From contig DF237171.1 in the NCBI GenBank assembly GCA_000708835.1, positions 1 to 64,000 on the forward strand: a DNA stretch of 64,000 nucleotides, given 5' to 3'. The notes beneath the pieces were generated by a model, which did not search any database, was not told the DNA's origin, and was given only the letters and a program-made list of their open reading frames with translations. The position numbers were made by a program, and so were the translations under genes. Shown one piece after another: positions 36,720-49,618 of this stretch (positions are counted from its first letter, which is position 1; every line of letters begins with the position of its first letter). Source of the DNA: Klebsormidium nitens (lineage: Eukaryota; Plantae; Klebsormidiophyceae).

Positions 36720-39700
36720 CTAATCCAGTGGCCCTGAAGCCGCTGCAGTCGGGCCACTCCTCGGCAGACTCTTCCTTCTCTCTTTTCGATTTGCTGACTT
36801 TGAGTTCGACTTCATTCTGTCGACTTCTTCAGGCCTCTTCGAACTCTCCGCCCCATCTTTCTTCTCATCATGACCGTTCGCATGCTCAACTTGCTCCTGC
36901 AACGTGGAAATGAAAACAGGATGTATGAAAGGAACTTCACGTTACTCTTGCCTAACGATGGGTTCATACCCAACCTTTCCTGGTAGAAGAGCGCCAAGCA
37001 TGGACGAGCAAGAGGCCCAAAACTTGAAGCAGGAATTTTGAACATCCCAAAGACGTCAAGGCAGAAACGTGCCCCACCTTCATTTTCAGCCGTTTCCGCT
37101 GCCTCTGACGTCCACTCTCTTTTCGCCGCTTCTTTTTCAGGGGAGACTCCTGCAGAAGCCACGGGGCGCCGGGTCAGCAGCGGCGCTCAACAAGATCGCG
37201 ATGGCAGGTAACCAAGTTATGTCGTGATTTTTACAACGTCCGCACCCCAGTCTTCTCCTAAAGAGCCTTTCACTTCCTGCTCTCCACCCCTTCACCTCGG
37301 GCGAGTGGGCAAACTGCTACGAAAGAAGGATGCCAGAAGTTGTCGTCCTTGCTGCCGATTCAATTTAGGACTGACAGATGTTCAAATCGAATCTGCATCA
37401 ATGTAGCACCTTTCTCAAGTGAGGGCTACTCCATCCAAATCTTGAAGAGCCTCGGAGCCTAGAGAGGGGCGTGCACAACACTATCTGAACGGCGAACCTT
37501 CACTTCGGTAGTCAAATCGGAGCATGACAGAAACTGATCCGCTTCCTAAGTTCTTCAATGCCGAACGGCAATGGGGTGGTCATCTTTGCCCGCTGCCACT
37601 CGAAACACGCCCCCACATCAACCGAAAAGAGATTATCCGAGCTACAGAAGAAGCCTAACAGGTCATCCTGTACGGCCATAGCACTGGGTCGGCTTCAGTG
37701 TCTCGTAATCGGACTCTGCAAAACATTGGGTCGTCGAGTCTGACTGCACTGCTCGAATGAGCACCCCTCAACAAAAAGCAGTGCGCGTACAGGCAAGGCA
37801 GGGCATTTCTCAAACGCCTGACTGAAGAGAAGGACGCAGGATCCTCAGAAGGGGCAAACGCCTCTTTTGAGGGTACAAAGAAGCGAAGTGTGCGCCCGAC
37901 CTGGTAGTCCATGTCAAACGACGCAACAGGCATGTCCAGGAACGTACTTATGCGCCCTGCTCCTAGATTGAGCCACTGAGGTCGTTTTTGCAGCAAGTGT
38001 CAACAAGACACGGGACAGGCTCGACATCAGCCTAGCGGTTTGTTTCCCAGCAAATCCTGATTCCAAGGTTGAGATCTGCTGCTGCTAGTACTGGAGCTTC
38101 CAGCGTCCAAACTTGTCGCTCAATGAGAGTGGCGCCAAGATGGTTCACAAACCAAGTCAGTCCCCCACCTTTTCTGCGGCCTCACTAGCGGCCCCCTCGG
38201 CAGCTGCCAGGTGCAGCATGCGCGCGTGGCGCTCCGCGTGCGTCTCCGCCTCCTCCGCAAGGTCCTCCCCGTCGCTGTCAATCAGCAGCCGCCCCCTGCC
38301 CGCTGCCAGCTGCTGCAGGTACCGCGCATGTTTCTGCAGGAACAACAGGTGATCAAAGCCGGCTCGTCCTCATTGTCCATCCCCGGGCTCCTTGATACCG
38401 CAAGACCACATATGTGAGCCCCGACAGGAATCATCACACTTCTTTCCATTGTCCATTGCCTTGTTCAAAATGCCTATCCGTGAGAGTCTGCAACGGCCAA
38501 GATTACATGGCGCCCTAAGAACATCTTTCAGCCTGGGTTGCCAACCTCTCCATGTGATATTGCGATACCACCGAAAGTTCGAGAGTAACCTGGAGCTACC
38601 AGGTGTTTATTGGTCCAGGGTAGCTCTTGACCGCGGCTATCTCGTTCGCCGCATCAACTTTGATGCAGTGAGCGCCGTAACTCCCGGCAAGTAAAGATTC
38701 CTGGTAGCTTCGATTGACTTCGATAGGCTTTGGAAGAACACCCATAGCAGCGAGAGGCAACAGACCTATGCACTTGTGCTAGCTAACCGCGCTGCCTCGG
38801 GTAGACTCGCTCAATACATGTAATATCTGTTCGACAAGCTGTTTCTGCCGGTTATTTGGTCAAAGTAGAAAAGCAAACTTGGCAGCCTTGGTCGACAAAA
38901 ATGGATGACAGAAAGCACTGGCTACTCGTTGGTGAACGTGCTCGTATCCACTCCATATTCGGAGCACCAGTAAACCAACAAAGCCTTAAGTGCGGGCGCG
39001 TCGACGACATGTCCAACAGGCCTGATCCACTGACTTCAGCCTGCTTCAGATCCCATTTCAGGTCTCACAATGCTGTGTGTCTCTAGAACTTGGTGAGCAT
39101 GTTATGTCAAAGGGCGCATCGCTTCGCTGGCGCACCTACAGCCCCCAAAAGTAGCTTCTGCAGCTCTAAGGACCATCAGGGCAGCCAAATGGGGGGTGCA
39201 GCTCAGTGATACGAGCTCAGGCCATACAAGGCAACGCACATAGCTGCAAAAAACTTTTGCGGAAGCTCATAAATGACCAATCGCAATTGACCGACTGCCG
39301 TAATTGGATTGTGACTGGTGGAACAAGCCCCTTGATGCAAAGCGTAGCTCACCTTTGACTTGAGGTGCGCCAGCATTGTCCCCTCATTGAGGCAGAGCAC
39401 GTTGGGGCACAGCCTGCACTTGAACACCTTCCCCACCTGCACCACCAGCTCCTCGTCGTCCAGCTCATTCCTGCCTCGTTCCGTATCCTCGACAGCCTCC
39501 GCCCAGGGGTTAGAGGGTTCCGCTCCTGGAACCAAAGCGAGGAGCCGCGGGTAACTTAGCTGCCATAAGCAAGTTGTGCATTGGCAGTCAGGTTCAACGT
39601 CCATGGCGGCAGCACCACAAGTTGTAGCAATTTTGCCAGTAGGGATACAACGACGCTGCCTGGCGGAGACCAGCCTGGCGCCCTCAGAAAGCTGAAAAAT

Positions 39701-40516
39701 GGGAACCAGCCAGGGCATCCTTTACGACGCTGCATGCCAATGCTGAAAAAGGTCACTAGAGTATGTAAGCCAACATCAATGAGCATCATCTCTTGTTAAA
39801 GCGTCTACCAGGGCTCAGTTCTTCAAAGGGCTGAAGTGAGCAAGCTACTGATGCCTTGAGACCCTGAAAGATGAACTCATAAACCTAGCGTTGAAATGCC
39901 GGGAAGCATGGAACCCTAAAATCAAGTCCAAAACCCTAAAATGGTCACCTTGACTCTGTTGCCGCCGCTCAAACAGGCCAGTTTCTTCATCACTGCTAGG
40001 TTCTCGGTCATTGTCTGTCTCACGGTCGCAGCTTGCCACGATTCGCACGGCTCCTTGACGATCCTGGTCAGCATCAGATTCTCCTTCGATACCCGATGAT
40101 CTCAGCGACGATCCTTCATCCTCAGAATCTGCATTTGCAATGTCTCAGAACATCTGAATGGTTTCGTGGGCATAGCTGGTGTCTCGACAAGGATCATGGA
40201 AATGCAACCCATATTTAGGATTGAGGACCTGCCACAAATGCACAGAACAACAACCATACATCAAGCCGCATCCAGATTAAGTTCACCTTGACTACTAAAC
40301 AACCTATGCTCTTAAAATTATTAAGCCAGAACTGAATGCCGAAATTCTGCGAGCGAAGGGCCGGCAGCAGGCCCAAGAAAATGCAAAACACTTACCTGAC
40401 AAAGCCGACTGACGGTCAGCCCTTGCATCCGCATCAGAACCCGATGAAGAAGAAGAATCAGATGCATCCTTCTGATTGTTAGCATGCAGCAAGTGGTAGT
40501 CTCTTCGCTTGTACAT
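36720..40516 (-). CDS. Uncharacterised nuclear protein with acidic N-terminus, one C2H2 (U1/matrin-like) zinc finger and a basic tail (~295 aa)
   Basis: Exons 40516-40396, 40128-39949, 39525-39353, 38333-38169, 37149-37078, 36896-36720 (888 nt, phases consistent). Finger FKCRLCPNVLCLNEGTMLAHLKSKKHAR spans an intron. NLS-like PLKKKRRKESGRQRQRKRLKMK. Confidence 0.8.
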
Positions 40517-40827
40517 TGTTGCCCGTCAACAGCTTTTATGAATTTCGAAGCGATCAGCGCTTCATTACTTGTACACGCTCAGATAAGTTGTCCGACCCTT
40601 ATGTGGGCGTTGAAACGGCCGGTGCACGATCAGAGAGGAGCCGAGTGCCAGAGCTGCTCCTAGCTCCAAATCCCTTTGTGCTCTAGCTTCCGGCCTCAGC
40701 GCGGCTGCCATCACCTGCGGCTCCATGAATCATGATCCTCTGATTCCATGTAGGTACCTATTCGTCAACCCCCGGCTTTCAGAATCACGATTCACGCCTC
40801 TTCAGGCCGTGCGGTAATGGTGAACTG

Positions 40828-42730
40828 GTACGGTAATGCGTTGCTCTGGCAAGATGATGGTACCGGTATCGGTATTGGGAGTGGTGCCATTTAGAGCGTC
40901 TATATCAATAAGTACTCGGTAAATAGGTAGGTACCGGTGGATATTCCTACCGGTAGATAGTGGTCACTCGATCTTGGATGGTACGTACCGGCGCAACTTC
41001 AAAAACCCGCAAGCACTGCATGAGCTGGCACGCTGTAGTAGGTACCAAGCTCATCGTTTTCTATCAGTACGTACCGCCGCCCGCGCCTTCCCAGTACCTA
41101 GGTATTTTGGACTCCAAATACCGGTACCTTCCCGGTACCGTATACCGGTACACCGTTCTCGTGTACCGATATGTACCGACTGGATGTCGCGACTCGCTAG
41201 GTCTCTTTCCACTTTGATACCGGACGGTACGGTACTGGCTTTCTCAACTTGCATGATCAATTAGGTATTCGATCAATTTGCAACCTTCCGATCCGGGTGA
41301 TGACAACCTGGATCTTGACCATCCGGTCGAAGTTGCAGGTTCCTTATGAACGGTCGATGTGCACCGTTGCGTTCAGCAATTCACGTGGTGATTCCAACCA
41401 CCCATTTCCTGCTTCAACCGCTGCATTTCGACGATTCCGAACCAAACCTTATCTCGATTCCAGCCTGTGACTTATGGATCCCAAAGTCAAAGATCGAACG
41501 GCAGTAGGTTTGGCACGTAAACAGTTTCGGACTTTTTAGCCCGGACGATGCTGATGCCAACTACCACACCGGAACTCATGGAATCGTGCGAAACATGAGC
41601 AACTCAAGCGACGCTGGGCACAAAGAGCGTACGGTACCTCCAATAAAGTACCTAGGGTACCGTACCGATAGGTGCTTTCGAACAGGGACCTACGGCCTAC
41701 CTGGTACCATACAAAGGTGCTACCTGGCGGCTGGGCCCCATGTACGGCAGGTAGGTACCGGCGGTACCTTGGTCCAGTTAAGGAGGTACCGTACCGCGTA
41801 ACTCCGGCGACATCCGTGTTCATTTAGGGCCGTGTTCACTTTGGCACAGATCCCGGGACGGGTAGGTTTGGGGGTTTAGGGCGGGTACGGCCCACGGATG
41901 CAGAGCTCACAGAGCGCGTAATCTTGTCAATTTAGTTTTCAGTTTGTGTTGCCCCCGGGTGGAATGTTCAGTGAACACGGACATGTCGCCAAGTATGGTA
42001 TCGTACATTTGAATCTCGATCAACGTTTGAGAAGCTCGTGCCTTCAAAGGTAGGTACCGTAGTACTTACCGAACACCAAACAACAAGAGCAGCCATCCTA
42101 GATTCGAAAAAAAAAAGGATGAACAATCTGAGGACACCACGCTCATCAGCTGGAGACGTGGGACTCCTATACCTGGCGATGGTCGAGAGATCCGGGTACC
42201 GGCAAGATTGCAATCAGTCCCCGTGAACTACTGTGGGGAGCCTCCATCAGAAAGTACGTACCTGGGTGTGTACGGTACTAGACCGTAGGTACCTGACTTA
42301 CCGTACGGTACCGACTACGGTCCATTGGTAGGAAGGTAGGTACTTCAGCAGCAGTACCTACTGTCTAGGTTACAGCATACGGTACAGTAGCTAGGTAGGT
42401 ACCGTACTCAGTACGGTGCCGCCCCACAAAGCATCGCATGTCATGTACCTACATGTGATATTTAGGCCGGCTGTACTCCTCTGCAGTGCAATCACCTTTG
42501 CAAAGGCGGTCGTCGAGCTTCGTAACGACAACGTTCAAGGTCCTTCTGGAGCGCTGTTCCCCTGATGTCGGGCCACAGGATGGGGTTGCACGCTCGTAGC
42601 GCCGACGAAACACAAGAGTTTGGAAAATCTCAACAGGCGTCATTTACCTCAGAGGCAGAAGCAGACGGTGAAGATCATTGTCACGTTCGGAGTGTACAGC
42701 GTACCCGGTAAGTATGGTACCGGTAGGTAC
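40828..42730. repeat. GTAC/GGTACC-dense low-complexity island between divergent genes
   Basis: About 50 GTAC occurrences counted by eye in ~1.9 kb (about 7-8 expected at 1/256). They cluster at 40828-41235, 41629-41795, 42000-42480 and 42690-42730. Confidence 0.75.
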
Positions 42731-42968
42731 TCTTCCAAAGGTGCAATGGCTGAGACTCACGAAGAGGACGCAACCTCCTAGACTGCATTTGCCTCCGATT
42801 GTGATGTCTGCAATGGCCAACGACGAGAAGCTTTCAAGTTTCTTGTGCGTCTCTTCCCTGCGTTCATTCTTTTGGATCCAGATTTGCTCTCAGGGAGCAC
42901 TTTTGTAGAGGTAGGAAATCTAGGCTGATGCAGCTCGTCCAAGGTAGCTGCAGGATCTTGGGGATGAC

Positions 42969-45900
42969 ATGGGACGGTCGGAGGACAATACCTCTGAGTC
43001 AGAGGACTGGGGGGATGATGGCTGGACTGTGGCCTGTCCGTGCGGTATCACGTATGACGATGGGGAAGAAATGGTGGAGTGTGATGCGTGCAGAGTGTGG
43101 GTGCATACGCGCTGCTGTCGGGTCCCAAGGGGTCTGACTCACTACGTTTGTGAGCGCTGTCGAGGGGAGCAGCATAGGAAGCAGCTTAGGGAGGAAGTCG
43201 AGGTTGCTGCACTTCTAGCTGATCTCCCTTCTGCTAGGTCCACCCCGTTTGATGAACGCAGCCCCTTCTTCAGCAACAGCAGCACATCCTTTCCTGACAC
43301 AGAGCCTGCAAGCCTTGCAGAACGCACTCTGGCCTTACAGAGCCAAACCTCCTTCGATGAGGGCTATTCCATTGACTTCCCCCTCTCTCAACGGGTGCAC
43401 ACACATGGTGTGACCGGGGGTGAGGAAGTGGCCTTAAGCGGAGCTCCTTTCTTCTCAAAGCAACTCTGGAGACATCAGCTCATGGTTCCAAAGCCGATGG
43501 ATCTCCAAGCCCCTGAGCTCCCTTCGCACCTCTTGCTGGAGGCAGACTCTCCCGATCTGTACAGAGGTCATGCTGGGGGTCTCCCTTCTAGGAGCCCGGA
43601 GCAGCCTCGGCTCAGGAGGGGAGTGCAGGCAAAGGTGGAGAGGCGGAAACGGCTGATGGAGGTGGTTGAACGCTACGAGCAGAGGCGGCGGCTGCGAAGC
43701 GAGGAGGAGAGCAGGGGTGGAGCGGTGTGCAAGATGGGGGGGCGCGCAGAAACGTCAAGAGGCTGCACGAGTAGCTGCATCCCGGCAGTGGAGAGCAGGG
43801 AAAGGTCACAGGTGTCCAGTGTGACGGTAGCCAATGGTAACGCCAGTAGTGAGCTCTCCTCGCCTGGGGGTACGTCCTGGACCGGTGGTTATGTACCAAG
43901 AAACCCGTATGCGCTTAAAAAGGCTGCAGTACTGGAGTATATGCAGACCAGTCAGAGCAGGTGTGCCAGCTGTGGCAGTGCTGAGGCCCCTCGTTTCCAC
44001 GAGGTCAAAGGACTAGAGGGTCCCGTGTGTGACACGTGTGTGGCACGCCACAGGGATCAGAAGTTCTGCCCCCACTGTGTCCATATCTACCAGGAGGAGG
44101 AGGAGAAGGCTGCTGATCCAGGGGTGTGGCTGGTATGCATCATGTGCAGCAGAATGGTGCACAAGGAGTGCCAGATGAAGAAGCCGCTGAACGGTGAGTC
44201 TGAACAACAAAGCTGCATGTTTACTCTGAAGTCTGTCTGGTTAGATGTCCTCCTAGGAAGCAAAAGTTGACTTCAAGCTGAGTCTTATGGGTTTGGTATA
44301 TTCTTTGTCGAATAGTTGTTTGTCTTGATTAGTTGTACTTGGTTTTGTTTGTTGTGCAAGATTCAATCTTTCGCACTCTGTGCTTGATGTAGCAGAGGAA
44401 GTTTCTCGGCTTCACAGAAGGCGCAGTAAGAGAGGGACCATTCAATAGGCATGGAGTTGTCTGGTCATTAACCACCAGATTGTTTTTTTAAAGCCCCTCT
44501 ATACTGTTCGCTGAAAGGACCTCGTAGCAGACGGTTACTTCATCCCAGGCAGTGCTGACTCTGCTCAGATGATTGGCTCCTTTGCTGACAAGCATGCTTC
44601 ATTCAATATAGGGACTGGACCTGCGAACAGGAGTTCTTTCCTCTGCTCGGGGTGTGTGCGTGAGAAGAAGAGGGCCAGGCTGGAGAGGGAAGCCAAGCAG
44701 CAGCTAGCAGGGGATGAGGCAGGGGTGGATGTTGGCAGAGCCTCCCTCAAGTCCTCTGCAGTTCTCCGCTCAGAGGAGCTGCCTCATGTGACCAGCTATG
44801 AGCTGCCTGTGATAGGCTTGGCGGATGAGTGCAGCAGGCCCGGGGGAAACGCGGATGACTTCAGGGAGGCAGCCTGTAGGACTACAGGAGAGGTTATGTC
44901 TGTCTCAGATCTTCCAGAGCGACCTGTGCTCCGGTTGAGCATCAAGAATGGCAGTGGGGAGGATAGCTTGGGCGTCCACCTAAAGGACGGGTTTTATGCG
45001 CAACGGCTACAGCTCATGCAGGACTGCTCCATTCCATCGCCCCAGGTAGATGAGGTAGGTTACAACCCTATATTGGCAGGTTAGAGAGGGAAGTCTTTTG
45101 CTGCAAATAGTGTAGCTTGTTGTCAGGCCTTACTTCTTTAGAATTGAATGGCTGATGTACTTCGCTTCGCTTACAGATGGCTGATCTGCTCTGAAGGGTA
45201 TGGGCATGACGACTCACCTGTTGGTACTATCCTTCCTTTCACACAGAATCATCAATTATCCATTTCCTCTAGATCGAGTGAGCTCTCTTTTGTGATGTAC
45301 GCTGCAGCGGTTAGGTAGCTGCTCATAGCCTGGATGGTCTTGTCCCCCTTTGCAGGCTGCTGCTGTGGCTACAGTGGAGGAGGTGGGAGCAGAGGCTGCC
45401 CGCTTGTCTGCACCTGATGCTGGCCAGGAGAATGAAGGGGGCCGGCAAGAGACTGAGGAAGCCGCTGGCGTACCAACACCGTCTGGGCCGGAACCTGAGC
45501 TGCAGCGTCGAGACTCGGACCCTGGCTCAATATCAGTCAAGAATGGAGATGGTCGGGCGAGCGGTGGCGAGGGGACGGTAGATTCGGTGTCCAGAAGGCA
45601 AGACAGGGCCCCTTCTCAGCTTCCGAGCTCCCCCTTAGCTAGGGCAGCGTGTGCGGCAGGGCCCCAAAATGGTGCAGATCATGCTGCGAGGCCGGGGTCT
45701 CCTTCCCCTAGCTCCTCCTCGAATTCTTCCTCTTCTCAAGCCCAAGACATGGCGACCCCCCCCGTTCCTCAAGTTGCGCAGGGTGTAGACGCACATGCTG
45801 CAAACCTACCCGTATCCCCCGCTGACCCTCTCCCCAGAGCCACTACTTCCCCCCGGTCCCACATCACCAAGCCCCCTTCCAAGCTGCTCCACTCACTCTC

Positions 45901-48067
45901 CGTCCCTGCCCGACCCAAGGCCCTCAGCCTCTCTTCGATGGGGAGAAAGTTCATGGACATTCCGGACACCCCAGGCTCTGTCACCTCAGAGCACAAGCCT
46001 TCAAAGCACCCCCAGGGGGCTGCCAGGCCCGTGCATCTCGGCCCCTCTGGCCGGCTGACTTCTTCCCGGCCTTCTCATCCCACCGGCCTGCGCCTACACC
46101 ACGCAGAGGGACGGTCGTCGCTGCGCCAGCCCTTGGCCAAAGGTGTTCCCAGTCATCCAGCCCCCCCACTGCCCAAGAAGGAGTTTGTTCCGGCTCCTCC
46201 CAACCCCAAGGGCATGGCTGAGATGCCCCCTCCTCCACCCCCCGCTGCTCCTAAGCGGCCCGCTGTTACCAGATCCGGGTCAGAGCCGCACTCTATGAAC
46301 GATGAGGAGTTGGCGCTGCTTTTGCACCAAGAACTCAACAGCTCCCCCAGAATGCCTCGGGTTTCGCGGTCGAAAAAGCCGGGCGCAAATGGGGTGATTC
46401 CTTCCAAGCGCTCCAGTTCTGTCCTGGCCACTCCCGTCAGACGGTCACAGAGTGGGGATGTGGCAGAGGGTAACAAGCAGGAGTCAGACGAGATGGATCC
46501 TGGGCCTGGGGAAGGGGACAGCGGTGGGGAGGGCCAGGAGCGCAGGGTGAAGGTGGAGGTGGAGCTGGAGGACAGCGAAGAGCTGCCGGCAAAGCCAAGT
46601 GCAAACGGGGTGCACACTCTGCCTGGTAAGAGCCGAGTAGGACACAGTGGGTTGCGGATCTGGTTTGCATGGTACACCTGCAGTGCTTCTCTCGGTAACC
46701 CTGCACACACCTGCTCAACATAGTACTTGACAAGACGAGGGATTCAGGTTCTGGATTCTAGATGAAATTGAAGGGAAGTCATCTTGATGATGATGCTTAC
46801 CGTAGTTGTGTGTCTCCTATCAATGTTTCCTGTTGTCCGAATGTTGAGGCCCTCTTTGTTCTGGTCAATTGCTGGGGGCTTTGGCATCGGCTCACTTTGC
46901 AGGGTGCCTGATGCACCATCAAGGAAGTGGTTGGGTCTGATGGTGCCCTGCTACTTTGCTCTATGCAGAACTGATCCAGGTTCTGGGCTCGGTGTCTCAG
47001 GGATCGCTGGACAGCGTTGTGGAGGCTGTCAGCAAGGTAAGGGCATGCAAGCGACATCTTGTCAGGTCATGGGAAGCTATATGTTGTGGTATTTCCATTC
47101 TTGTTGATGTAGGTTGCTTCTATTTCCCCCTCGAGTGTGCCTGTGACTGCAGTGAGGTTAAAATCATCATAGCAGCTTCACCTCGATGAAGTTTCTGCAA
47201 GCTTTGTAAATGAGGTAAAAGGCACTTGCTTGGTGAAGCACATCAGGATTACCGGCAGTGTTTCATCGTTGATGGGCCTGCTCTGGCACTGAGGGCAGGT
47301 TCTCAGACAAACGGACAGCCTCTAGACAGAGTGGTGTAATTGAGAGTGGTCTCAAGCATGTCCAAGGAGGCATCTCTGTGGCTTTTGCTTGATCCGTTTC
47401 GCGTTTTCCCTCCGTTCAGCACTGGCACAGCTTGCGGACTGCGGCTGGCGAGCCCTACCCCCCGCTGCAGCGCCAGGCCATCGTGGAGGCCCTTTCCTGC
47501 CACGAGGAGTGGGCCCAACTCGCCAAGCTGGGCCTGCCCACCAAGCGCAAGCGCACCTCCCCCTCCATCCTGTCCGATTCAGACGAAGACGACCACCGCG
47601 ACGACCGTTCGCTTGGGGGGAAGGACGAGACCGTCGACGGCGGAGCTCTGGTCGATGGCAGCCGGGTTGCGAGGCGCAAGCGCAGTCGGCGGACGGTTGC
47701 AGACCTCAGCGACACCAGCGACGCCGACGACGCACCTGCCCCCAAGTCTGTGCTCCCCAAAGACTCCGCGCACCTTCCCTACGCGGAGCACCACTCTTCC
47801 CCCAGGACGACGGACCTGCCTCCCGCCAACGGCAACGGACACCGCGCCAGCCCTGTTTCTCCTGGGGGCAGGCCCCTCGCCAACGGCTACTCCCAGCCTC
47901 CTGCTCGGTCCTCCTCTTCAGGTCCCTTGTCCAACTCCAGCGCCGGGGATGAGGAAGCCCTGAGCCGTCGGCAGGGCCCCCCCCGTCGAAAGCGGAGCCG
48001 CATCGATGCCCGTATGGAGCTAGGGGTGCGCCAAAGTGGGGGCAGCGGGAGTCCCGAAGAGGAGTGA
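42969..48067 (+). CDS. Large PHD zinc-finger chromatin protein of a plant family (~1235 aa)
   Basis: Exons 42969-44193, 44549-45045, 45356-46625, 46969-47036, 47420-48067. N-terminal PHD WTVACPCGITYDDGEEMVECDACRVWVHTRC...YVCERC, and a second Cys/His cluster. Motif DEELALLLHQELNSSPRMPRV and C-terminal HWHSLR...EEWAQL block, which I recognise from land-plant RING/FYVE/PHD proteins. Confidence 0.85.
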
Positions 48068-49618
48068 CCCCTCTGGGTCGGTTCCCAAACTGCCCCCAGT
48101 GCAACTTCCAGCAAGCGGCTGGGGACTGCGCTTTCGCCCCCGCCTCGAATGACGGGCACTGCGGGGGATTTTGACCACCTTCTGTCAGCCACGCACCATG
48201 TGGAGTCCTACCTTACCGTGCTGATTGCAGCCAGGTAGGTGTTCGGTGCTGTCGACTTTCTCCAACTTGGGCATGCCTGTGCAAGTACCTCTTGTATGCG
48301 GCAAGATACCCTGCTTGCTTTCCTCTTGTTTTGTGTAACTTTTGTGCTCCTACATCCAATCCAGTCACTGGTCTTCAAGCTGACCCGGTGTCCCCTTCTC
48401 TTGCAGCTCGGAGCTACGCGGAGGCAGCCTTCGTGCAAGATTGGGTTGGCAGAGGTAGCGAAGCGACAGATTTCACAGATTGTAATATAGCTTGCGAATG
48501 TAAGATGAGACATGGAACGACGCGATGATATTTTTATCGGCTAAGTGGTGCTGCACCTGCAATGCGCTCAGGTTTGACTGGGTTGTCCGATCATGCACTG
48601 TATGTTGCGAGGATGTACCGTGTGCCCGTATTATGTTTTGTTGGCTGGCTTTCAAACCTGCCAATGGGCAGAACTTAATGGCTGGTTTGTCGGCTCCCAC
48701 TCTCGTATTCTGGTTGTCACAATGCACGCGCATGTGCATTCCTGGATATTGTGAGAGCCCTCTACTTCCGTTGCAAAGCTTAGACATTGTCTTCTTTGCA
48801 CATGCTTGAATGATGTTCAGCTGTTGGTAGTTGCTAAGCAGTAATGCGCCGCGCGCGCCGCTCAACTGTACAGTTTCACGCACAGACTCAGGTACATATA
48901 CCGGTACCATGCATGCTATACAACTTGTATGCACTACTAGCTCTATTCAGATATATTGACATACTAAAGCACTTGATGCAATATGGAGGCGATGCACACA
49001 ATCTCAAACTTCGCATCAGTGCATTGATGTCATGTACTATGGTATATGCATGTGCCACACATATATGTGCCGCGGCATGTGAGTCCATGTGTTGATCATA
49101 TCCATGTACTCAGATTAGTCTTATCAGCAATGATGCGCTCTCACAATAGAATGTCCAATATTGAGCTGCAATGAAGGTATGACTTTGAATACGTATGTCA
49201 ATGGGATTACGCACCTACTCGTTTGGGGCAGATTTTGTTGGACCGCTGGCACAGCCATAACTTGGCGTGAGGATGCCAAATGCAATACAAATACCCATCA
49301 AATGTGACTTGATTTGATGTCCAACCAGAGCAGTTGACCTTATTTGTTTTCGATGGCCAAACACCGCCATGCAGAGGCAGCATATAAGTGCACTTAAATC
49401 TGTCACGAGAGGCTGCGCCCCTGCACGGCATACTTGAGACAAGCCATCATGCAAAACGCGAACCATTAGGGAACTCTCAGATGTAAGTATCCTGATGAGG
49501 CCACCTAAAGACTGGGATCTGGCCGCAAAACATCGAAAGGCCTGCTGCTGAGGTCCTGCCTTTGCCAAACTTGGTTGCGTGCCTTCTAGGTACCCCTAAT
49601 TGTCAAACTGCTGAAGCC

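Noticed and set aside
40828-42730. CRISPR-like or tandem satellite interpretation of the GTAC island
   Set aside because: No constant repeat unit or spacer length; only the 4-6 bp core recurs.
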